Below, in pieces: positions 40,500-49,274 of a DNA stretch of 64,000 bases. The notes under the pieces were generated by a model, which saw only the letters and a list, made by a program, of their open reading frames with translations, was not told where the DNA came from and did no database searches. The translations under genes and the position numbers were made by a program. This stretch comes from Nitrosopumilus sp. (lineage in GTDB: Archaea; Thermoproteota; Nitrososphaeria; Nitrososphaerales; Nitrosopumilaceae). The stretch's first letter is position 1, and each line of letters starts with the position of its first letter. The stretch lies in contig OZ242041.1 of assembly GCA_965205215.1 (NCBI GenBank), positions 704,001-768,000 of the forward strand, in the 5' to 3' direction.

Positions 40500-41342
40500 T
40501 CACTCCTCCGGGCGCGCGGCCCCCCTGCGGCCCCCCGCGCCGGGCGCCAGAAGCCTGTCCACGCCGCCGTGTGTTATGCTCTCGAACCCCGCTATGCGGC
40601 AGCCGGATGCGGTGTACAGGCGGCGGCCCCGCTTGGGCCGGCCGGCAAGCCACACCTCTAGCAGCTCCCTTGCCTTTAGCAGTTTTTTTGCCTTCGTGGC
40701 ACGGTCGGACGCGGCGGTTCCGGAGTGCCTGCCCACCTCCCCGTCGAGGTCCATGCCAAACAGAATGATCCGGCCCGCGCCAAAGTGGTCGGCCGCAAAC
40801 ACGGCCCTGTCGCCGTCGGTAAACCCGCCCAGGTTCCTGATGCGTCCGACGGGGCCCGCCTGGGTCGTCCCCATGCATGCGCGAAACCTTCTGACGTGGT
40901 GCAGCATGTGCATGTTGTCCCCGTGGGCGTGAGCTATTATGACGGCCCCCCTCTCGGAGGCCTCCGCGTGGCAATCGATGTCGCCGTCCAGGTCGGTTAC
41001 AATGACGTGCGGCATGATGCCGCGGTCCACGAGGGGTTTCACGGCCGTGTCCGCGGCGATCAGGACGGCCGGGCCCGCATGCCTTGCAAGGGTATCAAAC
41101 GACTCGTCAAGGGAGGGCCCCGAGCCGGCCACCAGCACAGTATTTCCCTCGATCAGTTTGCGCAGCGCGGGGTATGCGTCGGGCATGCCCGCCTCATCCA
41201 GCATGCGGTCAAGTGTGCGGGCGCTCTTGTCGTCCCTTGTAGTGTCATACGCAAAGTCGGCCAGTATCGCGTTGTACATGTCCCGCCATGCCGTCGTTGA
41301 TTCCGTTTCCTTCTCCTCCTTCGCCGCCGCCGCGTCGCCCAT
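40500..41342 (-). CDS. mptE: 6-hydroxymethyl-7,8-dihydropterin pyrophosphokinase MptE-like
   Basis: GSGPSL, VTDLDG, HAHGDN, NLGGFTDGDRA; divergent from folP. Confidence 0.88.
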   Translation of the reverse strand: MGDAAAAKEEKETESTTAWRDMYNAILADFAYDTTRDDKSARTLDRMLDEAGMPDAYPALRKLIEGNTVLVAGSGPSLDESFDTLARHAGPAVLIAADTAVKPLVDRGIMPHVIVTDLDGDIDCHAEASERGAVIIAHAHGDNMHMLHHVRRFRACMGTTQAGPVGRIRNLGGFTDGDRAVFAADHFGAGRIILFGMDLDGEVGRHSGTAASDRATKAKKLLKARELLEVWLAGRPKRGRRLYTASGCRIAGFESITHGGVDRLLAPGAGGRRGAARPEE

Positions 41343-41387
41343 CACAGCATCACATGGTTCAATTATGCCGTGCGTTGATAAACCGTT

Positions 41388-42287
41388 GTGACCAGTGTGA
41401 TCGGGGGCATTCGCGCGGGTCCCGGCAGCCCGGTGCGCGTAATGGGAGTGGTGAACGCCAGCCCGGAGTCGTTCTACGGGGGGTCCGTGTATACCACGAG
41501 GCGCGCCATCAGGGACAGGGCAAAGTCGATAGAGGACGAGGGCGGCCACTACGTGGACGTGGGCGGCATGTCCACCGCGCCATACCTGGAGACCGGGGTC
41601 TCCGAGCGCGAGGAGTCGGACCGCGTCCTCAGGGCGGTGGGCGCCGTACAGGACGGGTGCAACCTGCCCATATCCGTCGACACGTGCAGGGCCGCGGTGG
41701 CAGAAAGGGCGCTGGAGGCGGGGGCCGCCATAGTCAACGACGTGTCCGGACTCAAGTATGACGCGGGGATGGCCGGGACGGCGCGGCGCCACCGCGCGTC
41801 TGTCGTGGTATGCTCGTACGGCGGGCCCGGCAGGCGGGTGACGGCCCCGGCGCGGGACTATGTGCGCGACGCGCGTCGCCTGCTTGCCGAGAGCCTTGAG
41901 ATCGCCTCGAAGGCGGGCATTCCCGCGTCGCGGATAGCGATAGACCCGTCGATAGGATTCTTTCGCAAGAGGGCCGGCGGCCCGCTTTACACCAGGATGG
42001 GATCGACTGACTGGGTGTCGCGGGACGCGGCCGTGCTGGACGGCCTGGCCTCCATCAGGGCCAAAAAGACGATGCCAGTCGTGGTATCCGTGTCAAACAA
42101 GTCGTTTCTGGGCGCAGTCACGGGGCGCGCGGGCGTGGCGGACCGCGCGTACGGGACTGTCGCCGCGGAGGCGGTCGCGGTGATGCGGGGGGCCGACATC
42201 ATCAGGACGCACAACGTGGGGGCCGCCGCGGACGCCGCGTCGGTGGCATCCAGGGTTGTGGGCAGGCGACGCCACGGCCGCCTATGA
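41388..42287 (+). CDS. folP: Dihydropteroate synthase
   Basis: MGVVNASPESF, DVGGMST, SVDT, NDVSG, DPSIGF, SNKSF, IRTHNV. Confidence 0.93.
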   Translation: MTSVIGGIRAGPGSPVRVMGVVNASPESFYGGSVYTTRRAIRDRAKSIEDEGGHYVDVGGMSTAPYLETGVSEREESDRVLRAVGAVQDGCNLPISVDTCRAAVAERALEAGAAIVNDVSGLKYDAGMAGTARRHRASVVVCSYGGPGRRVTAPARDYVRDARRLLAESLEIASKAGIPASRIAIDPSIGFFRKRAGGPLYTRMGSTDWVSRDAAVLDGLASIRAKKTMPVVVSVSNKSFLGAVTGRAGVADRAYGTVAAEAVAVMRGADIIRTHNVGAAADAASVASRVVGRRRHGRL

Positions 42288-42914
42288 CACCCGCACGAGC
42301 GTCATTCTGGTCTCGGCCGTCTCTGCGGGCGGGTCAGCTCCGTGTTCTGTCGCCATCGCCGCCGCATCATACACGGGGGCGTCTGCCATGACCTCTGCGC
42401 CCATGCCCGCCCACCTCCCTGCCATGTTCCGCAGGGTGCGGCGTCCGTCCATCGCGCCCTCCGCTGCGCCGGACCACTCGCAGCTCATCACGTGCTTTCT
42501 TGCCACCCTGTACATCTCGCGCATCCCGCCTGCCAGCGTATCCTCGTCAAGATAGTTCAGCAGCCTGTGCGTGAACACCAGGTCTATCGACGAGTCTGCA
42601 AACGGCATGTCAGTAATCATCCCCCTTGCAAAGCAGCCGGACCGCACGCCATCCCTCGCGGCCCCGACTGCCACGTGGTTGGGGTCGAGCCCGAATACGT
42701 GCACTCCGTCTGGCACCAGCCTGAGGTCGACGCCGGTCCCGCACCCCACCTCGAGCACGCTTGCGCAGCGCAGCTCGCCGGCCGTGTACGCCACCCTGCC
42801 TGCAAACCCCGCATCGTACCTTGACTCGTTTGATCTGGCGTACTCGTCCCAGAAATTCTTGTCATACCTGCCGTGGTGCCGCGGTGATCCGCCCATGCCT
42901 CTCGCAGTCTTCAT
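42282..42914 (-). CDS. Class I SAM-dependent methyltransferase
   Basis: VLEVGCGTG, MPFADSSIDLVF, EMYRV. Confidence 0.88.
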   Translation of the reverse strand: MKTARGMGGSPRHHGRYDKNFWDEYARSNESRYDAGFAGRVAYTAGELRCASVLEVGCGTGVDLRLVPDGVHVFGLDPNHVAVGAARDGVRSGCFARGMITDMPFADSSIDLVFTHRLLNYLDEDTLAGGMREMYRVARKHVMSCEWSGAAEGAMDGRRTLRNMAGRWAGMGAEVMADAPVYDAAAMATEHGADPPAETAETRMTLVRVS

Positions 42915-42935
42915 CCACCGTGTCGCCCCGCGCGC

Positions 42936-43100
42936 TCAGTGCCTGCAGCAGCACTTTACCATTACCGTGTCAAACGTGCAGTCGTGGGGCCCGCCGTCGC
43001 CTGACCTGCCCGCCGTCGGGATCTCCACCATGCACTCGGCGTGCCTTCCCTTCTTGCAGAACCAGCACACCCCGTCGCTGTCATTCTCGGCGCAGTCCAC
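42936..43100 (-). CDS. 54-aa Cys-rich microprotein
   Basis: Manual translation MDCAENDSDGVCWFCKKGRHAECMVEIPTAGRSGDGGPHDCTFDTVMVKCCCRH; GC3-biased codons; AT-rich promoter-like box upstream. Confidence 0.65.
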   Translation of the reverse strand: MDCAENDSDGVCWFCKKGRHAECMVEIPTAGRSGDGGPHDCTFDTVMVKCCCRH

Positions 43101-43209
43101 GCGTGACGTGGCGCGGCCTGATTAAAAAACCATTAATCTCAGGCGCCGGGTGTGGTCCGGACGGGCGGCGCCGCGCCCTGACGTGATCAATTGGTGCTGG
43201 TCGGCGCAG

Positions 43210-44124
43210 TCAGATGAACGTGAGCCACTGCCTGAACCTCTTGTCCTTGCCCATGGCGGCGCCCACGAACGACTTTTGCAGCGCCTTTGTGACGCGGCCC
43301 ATCCTGCCGCTCCCTATTCTAGTGCGGTCGACCTGCGTGACGGACTTTACCTCGGCGGCCGTGCCCGTCATGAATATCTCGTCGGCCGTGTACAGGTCGG
43401 CCCTGTACAGGTCGTACTCTGATATGTCGATGCCGTCGGCCGCGGCTATCTTTATGACGCTGTCCCTGGTGATCCCGCTGAGGCACCCGGTCGAGAGCGG
43501 GGGCGTCAGTATGCGCCCGTCCGTGCATATGAAGATGTTCTCCGCGCTGCCCTCTGCGACCCTCCCGTCGCCGTTGAGCATGATGGCCTCGTCGTAGCCG
43601 TTCTCCAGCGCCTCGACCCTTGCGAGCGCGGCGTTGGAATAGTTGGCGGCCGCCTTTGCCTGCACGGGCTGCGCCCTCGGGTCGATCCTGATCCAGCTCG
43701 ACACCATGCATCTTGCCCCTGAGAACTTGCCTGCCTTCGACTCGCCCATCTTCCAGGGCCAGCAGGATATGGAGACGTCCACCTTGTTCTTTGTGGGGGT
43801 GAGCCCCATCTCGCCGTACCCGTAGTATGCCAGGGGCCTGATATAGCACTCCTTGAGCCTGCATGCGCGCACCGTGTCGACGATGGCGTCTGCAATCTGG
43901 CCCTTGGTATATCTAATCTTCATCGAGTACATCTTTGCGGAGCGGAACATCCTGTCCACGTGGTCGTCCAGCCTGAATATGGCGGGGCCCTCCGGCGTGT
44001 TATAGCACCTGATCCCCTCGAACACCGACGTCGAGTAGTGCAGCGCGTGCGTCAGGACGTGCACCTTTGCATCGGCAAACGGCACCAGCTTCCCGTTCAT
44101 CCATATCTTGCCGGACTCTTTCAT
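43210..44124 (-). CDS. ilvE: Branched-chain amino acid aminotransferase
   Basis: HALHYSTSVFEGIR, YIRP, EGSAENIF, GITR, GTAAEV. Confidence 0.95.
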   Translation of the reverse strand: MKESGKIWMNGKLVPFADAKVHVLTHALHYSTSVFEGIRCYNTPEGPAIFRLDDHVDRMFRSAKMYSMKIRYTKGQIADAIVDTVRACRLKECYIRPLAYYGYGEMGLTPTKNKVDVSISCWPWKMGESKAGKFSGARCMVSSWIRIDPRAQPVQAKAAANYSNAALARVEALENGYDEAIMLNGDGRVAEGSAENIFICTDGRILTPPLSTGCLSGITRDSVIKIAAADGIDISEYDLYRADLYTADEIFMTGTAAEVKSVTQVDRTRIGSGRMGRVTKALQKSFVGAAMGKDKRFRQWLTFI

Positions 44125-44307
44125 AGCGGGGCCAAAATGCATGCTAATTTAAAGAATGCACGCCGCGTTGCGGGACTACCGTATGGCGGCGCCGCGCGCG
44201 GGCGGGACCTGGGGCTACATCACGTCGGTCTGGCGCAGCGCTACTGCCTCGAGTCTTGGCCTCCGCCGAACCCCAAGCTAGAAATCTTACGTGTGCGTAT
44301 GTAATGC

Positions 44308-44511
44308 GTGGACTGGACGCTGGGGTTTGTCGCAATCGCGCTGCTTGTGGCGGGGCTCGTGGGCCAGGCCTTTGAGATGCGCCGCATCCGGGTGGCGCAG
44401 AGCGGCAGCGAGATGGGCTCGCCCAGCGTGTTCACGCACCGCTCCAACTTCAAGTGGTATGCCATAATAGGCGCCGGCATCATAATCTGGTACGTGGCCG
44501 AAAGGAGCTAG
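44308..44511 (+). CDS. Small hypothetical membrane protein
   Basis: Two TM helices, GQAFEMRRI...NFKWYAII. Confidence 0.7.
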   Translation: MDWTLGFVAIALLVAGLVGQAFEMRRIRVAQSGSEMGSPSVFTHRSNFKWYAIIGAGIIIWYVAERS

Positions 44512-44564
44512 ATCCAGACCCGATCTATATAGATCAGCCATAAATACTCAGACGTACAACATAT

Positions 44565-44660
44565 GTCAAGCGTGTTAAGGGTAACGCCCGGGCTGAATCA
44601 TGATACAGGCCCAAGAACAAACCCTTGATGGCGGTAACGGGAAACCGTTAACGCCAATAC
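44565..44660 (+). ncRNA. Candidate structured ncRNA (5S rRNA beta-domain-like layout)
   Basis: Helices 44574-82/44621-29 and 44590-95/44606-12; GAAA-tetraloop hairpin 44630-55; TATA-like ATAAATA at 44540-46; lies between convergent genes. Confidence 0.5.
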
Positions 44661-44685
44661 TAATCCGGTTGCGGGCGGCTGCGCG

Positions 44686-46125
44686 CTAGCCCGCGGCCAC
44701 TATCTCGCCGTGTATCGACGCGATGGCCCTTGCGACGTTGTCGGCCGCGTCCTCTATTACGATGATTATCCTGGACGTCTCCTCCTGCGCGTCCATGTTC
44801 AGTATGTTGAGCCCCGCCGAGCCGACGCACGCGCTGGCCCTTGACGCGACCTGCTGCGCGCGCCACATCTCGTCGCCGATCAGCGTGACCACCCCGCGGT
44901 TGTACGTTATGGTGGCAAGCGAGTCGAACGCCATAAAGTACTTCTCATTGCGCCGGATGTAGTCGGCGTCCAGGAACAGCATGCGCCCGAACTCGGTTCC
45001 GTCCTTCGTATACGGGGACAGTATGACAAACTCGCTGTACCTCTTGTCGTTTTCAAGCGACGTGAGCAGCCTCTCCATCGCGGCCTTTTCTATCCTGAAT
45101 ATGGCGCAGTTTGACTTGCCCGTGACCATCTTGATCGGGCTCGAGGATCCGTCGGGATCCAGCGCCCTCGTGATGGTGGTGGTCTTTTCGGGGCGGTTCA
45201 GGTTCGTTATGATGATGGGAACGTCCGCCCCGTTCTCCACTATCTCCTTGATCGCGATCGGGTCGAGTATCTTCATCCCGAACATCCCCGCGAGCCTGGC
45301 CTCGTTGTACGACAGCTGGGGCACCTCGCTGAGGTCGTCCTTCACTATCTTGGGGTCCGCGGAGACCACGGAGCTGTCCTTTTCAAAGTCGATGCTAGCG
45401 TCGTATTCCTTGTGGAACAGTATGGCGACGTCGGCCGCCGTGCGGTCGGTGCCGCCGCGCTCGTACGTGGTGATCGTGCCGTCCGTGGTGCGGCCGATAA
45501 AGCCGCCGATCGAGACCGCGTCGTTTGCCTCGAGCATCGCCTCCATGGGCCCCAGGCGCTTCCTTGACTCCTCGGCAAGAAAGTTCGACGACTCGATGTT
45601 GCTGTCGGTGATGATGGGCCAGTTGTCCAGCTCGACTGAGTCCGACCTGATGCCGTTGTGCGCCAGTATGTGCTTCATTATGTGCGACATTAGGACCTCG
45701 CCGGAGAACGCGAGCGCCCTTGACCTGACCTCGCCCTCAAACCTCCTCTCCGTGCGCGCCTCCTCTAGCGCCTCCCGGGTCCTTGCAAGGCCCTCTTCTG
45801 CGATGGCGCCGCACGCGCCTGCAGTCTCGGCCGTAGCCCCGCGCAGGTTGCTGCGCATCAGCGCGGCGTACGCGTCCGTGACTGTATCAAGCGAGTATTC
45901 TGCACCCGACTCGGCGTTTCTGCCCTGCTCCAGTACGATGTCAGTCAGCGAGCGTATGGTGCCGTCCTGGTTGGCGGTGAGGGGGGCCGAGAACACCGCG
46001 ACCACCTTGGTGTCCGCGTCACGCTTCAGCTCCCTTATGCGCTCGACTATCCTTGGTATGTGCACGCCGTTGGGGCCGAGCGCGCTGCCGCCAAACTTTG
46101 CTATGACCAGCCTCTTCTTTGCCAT
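44686..46125 (-). CDS. lysC: Aspartate kinase
   Basis: AKFGGS, VFSAP, RGGTDRTA, SADPK, GMKILDP, ACT domain. Confidence 0.9.
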   Translation of the reverse strand: MAKKRLVIAKFGGSALGPNGVHIPRIVERIRELKRDADTKVVAVFSAPLTANQDGTIRSLTDIVLEQGRNAESGAEYSLDTVTDAYAALMRSNLRGATAETAGACGAIAEEGLARTREALEEARTERRFEGEVRSRALAFSGEVLMSHIMKHILAHNGIRSDSVELDNWPIITDSNIESSNFLAEESRKRLGPMEAMLEANDAVSIGGFIGRTTDGTITTYERGGTDRTAADVAILFHKEYDASIDFEKDSSVVSADPKIVKDDLSEVPQLSYNEARLAGMFGMKILDPIAIKEIVENGADVPIIITNLNRPEKTTTITRALDPDGSSSPIKMVTGKSNCAIFRIEKAAMERLLTSLENDKRYSEFVILSPYTKDGTEFGRMLFLDADYIRRNEKYFMAFDSLATITYNRGVVTLIGDEMWRAQQVASRASACVGSAGLNILNMDAQEETSRIIIVIEDAADNVARAIASIHGEIVAAG

Positions 46126-46223
46126 GACAAGGTATCGGACAGTCCATCTATATGTTGATCACCGGCGGGCCGCAAACCCGGGGGCGAGACGGTGCGGATG
46201 CGGCAGCGGCTCGCCGCCACCAC

Positions 46224-47294
46224 TTATCTGGCGACAACCGATGCAATCAGCTTGGCCGCGTCCACGGCCCCGGCCGCGGCCCCGGCCGGCCTGCGCGGCT
46301 CGTCAAGCTTTGCGCCTATAATTTCTGCAAGCCTGTCGATGTCGGATGCCACAAACCCGAGCCTTGCCGCGTTTGCCTCCTGCTCAAAGTGGCCTGCAAT
46401 CGGGATGAACACGGACGGCGTGCCTGCCGCCTCCGCCTCGTCAATGGTCGAGCGCCCGGCAAGCGAGACCAGCACGTCTGCTGCCAGGATCAGCTCGTGG
46501 AGGTTGTCCACGTATCCCATGACCCTGGCGTTGCGGCCGCGGGCTCCTCTCATTTCTGCGGCCGCGACTGCAATCGAGGGACCGGAAACTATCACCGTCT
46601 CCGTGTTGCCCCCGTCCCCGCCGCGGTCAACTTCGGCCATGGCGTCCAACACGCGGTCGATCAGAAAGGCCCCCGCGTCCGTGCCGCCGACTGACACCAG
46701 CACGGTCTTCTTCTCAAACCCGCAAGCTCGACGGATCTCCTCCCTTGTCCTGCCCGGACTTCTCGTTATGGGGCCTACCCTGAACACGTTTCCGGCACTG
46801 TGGCCGGTCTCCGGCATTATCACGGCATCGCATTTTTCCATCATTCCGCGCATGGCCCTGTTCATCCTCCCCTCGATGGCGGTGCCGGGCCAGCCCGCCG
46901 TAAAGCTGGTCTGCAGTATGTCGGTAATTAGTATCGTCTTGATTCCCATCTCCTGCGCCACGGCAACCGATGCAAAGTCCTCGTCGCTCACCACCGCGTC
47001 CGGGTTCTCGCGCGCGATGATCCTGGACGCGATCCTCTTGCAGTCCTTGTAGTACCGGTAGTATCTCCACAGCCACCTTGCGGGGTTTCTGAGCCTGCCG
47101 TTTTCGTCGACCTCGAACCTCGGGGGCCTGTACTCGTCGCGGACCGACTCCCCGGCGCCTGCAAGCAGGCGCGCCGCGCCGCCGCCGGTCGTAAAGCTGA
47201 CGCCCGATCCTAGGCGCGCCGAGATCGCCGCGTCGCGCGTGGCGTGCCCGAGGCCTATGGGGCTTGTGAAGAAGCTGATTCTCTTGTCTGGCAT
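46224..47294 (-). CDS. GT-B glycosyltransferase (GT28/MurG-like)
   Basis: GLGHATR, VSVGGT, SLAGRSTIDE, HFEQEANA. Confidence 0.85.
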   Translation of the reverse strand: MPDKRISFFTSPIGLGHATRDAAISARLGSGVSFTTGGGAARLLAGAGESVRDEYRPPRFEVDENGRLRNPARWLWRYYRYYKDCKRIASRIIARENPDAVVSDEDFASVAVAQEMGIKTILITDILQTSFTAGWPGTAIEGRMNRAMRGMMEKCDAVIMPETGHSAGNVFRVGPITRSPGRTREEIRRACGFEKKTVLVSVGGTDAGAFLIDRVLDAMAEVDRGGDGGNTETVIVSGPSIAVAAAEMRGARGRNARVMGYVDNLHELILAADVLVSLAGRSTIDEAEAAGTPSVFIPIAGHFEQEANAARLGFVASDIDRLAEIIGAKLDEPRRPAGAAAGAVDAAKLIASVVAR

Positions 47295-47453
47295 GGACGT
47301 ATCCTCTTTTTGCATGCATGAATTTCTAGCTTCTTTGGCCGTTTCATCTGCAACCGTCGCCGGCCGGCCGACAGGAACTTGGGTAGGCAGCTGCCGTGCG
47401 CAAGGGCCGGCCTCCACTCAAGATTTAAATGGATTTTGGCAGCGTCTGCCCTT

Positions 47454-47528
47454 GGGCTCATAGTCCAGCTCGGTTATGACGTCGCCCTTACACGGCGAAG
47501 ATCCGGGGTTCAAATCCCCGTGGGCCCA
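47454..47528 (+). tRNA. tRNA-Val(TAC)
   Basis: GGGCTCA/TGGGCCC acceptor, TCGCC-CTTACAC-GGCGA anticodon arm, GGTTCAAATCC T arm; TTTAAAT upstream. Confidence 0.96.
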
Positions 47529-47768
47529 TTTCTGCCTTGTTTGAATCGGTTTTAATTCGAACTTTGCCGCCTAAACCCGTGCCTGTCAACGTATAGGTTG
47601 GGGATGATTTAACATTTAACCCTGCTGGTTGAGTTCAAATTACTTCCGATTCAAACTCTGCAAGGTATGGATTCAATAACACACGTATAGAGGAAGGTCG
47701 GACATCGACGCGGGCGGAATTTATATAGATACTTGCTAAATCTTTTATTCTACCGATGTACACAGCAC

Positions 47769-48056
47769 ATGATGGCATACAGACGAAAACGAGGAAACAT
47801 CCGCAGGAACGCCGCGCAGGGCAGGCGAGCGGAACGCATGGTGCGTAGAAAGTACAAAATGCGGGGGTACAGTATACGACGCACTGGATACGGGCACGAC
47901 TTCAAGGCGACTCGACGCAACATCTTTGGAGGCAAGGAGACCAAGTTCGTCGAGGTGAAGTCTGGAAATGGCCAGCTGTCCCCCACACAGTGGCGCGCAA
48001 AACGTAGGCTTGGCTCCCGATATGTTGTAGAGCGCGTGGCAGTCAGTTGGTGGTGA
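47769..48056 (+). CDS. Small basic PD-(D/E)xK nuclease (Hjc/YraN-like)
   Basis: GRRAE...GY...HDF...FVEVKSG..LSPTQ. Confidence 0.7.
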   Translation: MMAYRRKRGNIRRNAAQGRRAERMVRRKYKMRGYSIRRTGYGHDFKATRRNIFGGKETKFVEVKSGNGQLSPTQWRAKRRLGSRYVVERVAVSWW

Positions 48057-48248
48057 AGAATATGACCGCAGACCCTGTTGCAAAATTGTCGGTCCTTGCT
48101 ATAATAATAGTGCCCTCGGTGATACCAAACTGATCAATGAAATCTAGGGAGTTTGGTGTGTTGCCGCGAGACTCCACTTTCACGCAGGCACCGGATCTTG
48201 CCAGACGAGGATGTCTTTCTTTAAATACTACTATCCCTAACTTGATGT

Positions 48249-48566
48249 ATGTACATAACACTGGATCAAGTGCTATCATATCCAGAACAATGGGTTGATA
48301 CGAGCTACCTGAGATCAGACGGCAAGATCGAGTACAGAGAAAGGAAAAAGTTTGGGAACGCGCATGCGGTTTTTGAACGAGGCCAACGATACGGAGTCAT
48401 TCATCATGATCGATACAATGCGACCGACTTTCCTGTGGGGATGGTCAGGCACGCCTCGCAATTCGTTGAGGAAAAAACGGGAATTCCGGAGAAAGCAACC
48501 ACTGCTGCCATAGCTGTGACGGCGGTTGGTGCTCTCGCCTACGCGATCTACAAGATCAGCAAGTAG
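48249..48566 (+). CDS. Hypothetical protein with C-terminal TM helix
   Basis: HHDRYNA motif, C-terminal hydrophobic helix. Confidence 0.6.
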   Translation: MYITLDQVLSYPEQWVDTSYLRSDGKIEYRERKKFGNAHAVFERGQRYGVIHHDRYNATDFPVGMVRHASQFVEEKTGIPEKATTAAIAVTAVGALAYAIYKISK

Positions 48567-48984
48567 AACAGCTGTCATCACGCGCCTCTTTCCCATCCGA
48601 CGTGTCCAGATGGTGTCTGCAGGATGAACGGTTTTTGCAATACCATCAGACTCACTGATCCTGTTCCGTCTCTATGCTTCATACTGATTGACTGTCGGTA
48701 CGTAGAAAGCCGCCGATGCCTACCAAGATTTGCTATCCTGAACGTTAGTAGTGGCAGGCAGAGATCCACTGCGTCGAGAATCAACCGTAGCGGTATAGGA
48801 CATCTGACACAGGATACCAACGCCGGTACTGCTTCCAAGTCGTGATATAGACACGCCCTGATTCCGATGAGAATCGGGGAACCCCCGGCAGGGTATGCTA
48901 ACGATCCAAGCGCTGTCGTCCCTCTTGTCTGAATTTCAGAGAAGATCGCGATTCCCATACCTAGAATCCATATCACGAATTGGA

Positions 48985-49207
48985 AGCGGTACCTGGCCTG
49001 CCGGGCTGCATCGGAGCCGTCAAGCGAGCTGCGCCCTCCTGCCAGGAACTTCTCCTTCCACATGTATACCGTCCTCGGCACTAGGTTGTACTGGCGGCAC
49101 AGCTCGGCCACGCTGGTCTCCGGATTGAACGTCTGAAGGATTATCCGGATCTTCTCGTCCGTACTCCGTCTTGTCTTCTTGTCTGTCATGTTCCGTATCG
49201 CCTCCAC
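48985..49207 (-). pseudogene. Truncated IS3-family transposase OrfA (HTH)
   Basis: RRSTDEKIRII...SVAELCRQYNL....YMWKEKFLAGG; similarity stops after about 70 aa; no OrfB. Confidence 0.75.
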
Positions 49208-49274
49208 GCGCTAAAGTGTGCATTGATGATCGATCTCCTTCTAGCAAGGCTCCCGCCAATGACAATTTATAACA

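Noticed and set aside
48573-49264. TGTCAT inverted ends defining a complete IS3 element
   Set aside because: Only 6 bp match, no target duplication, no OrfB
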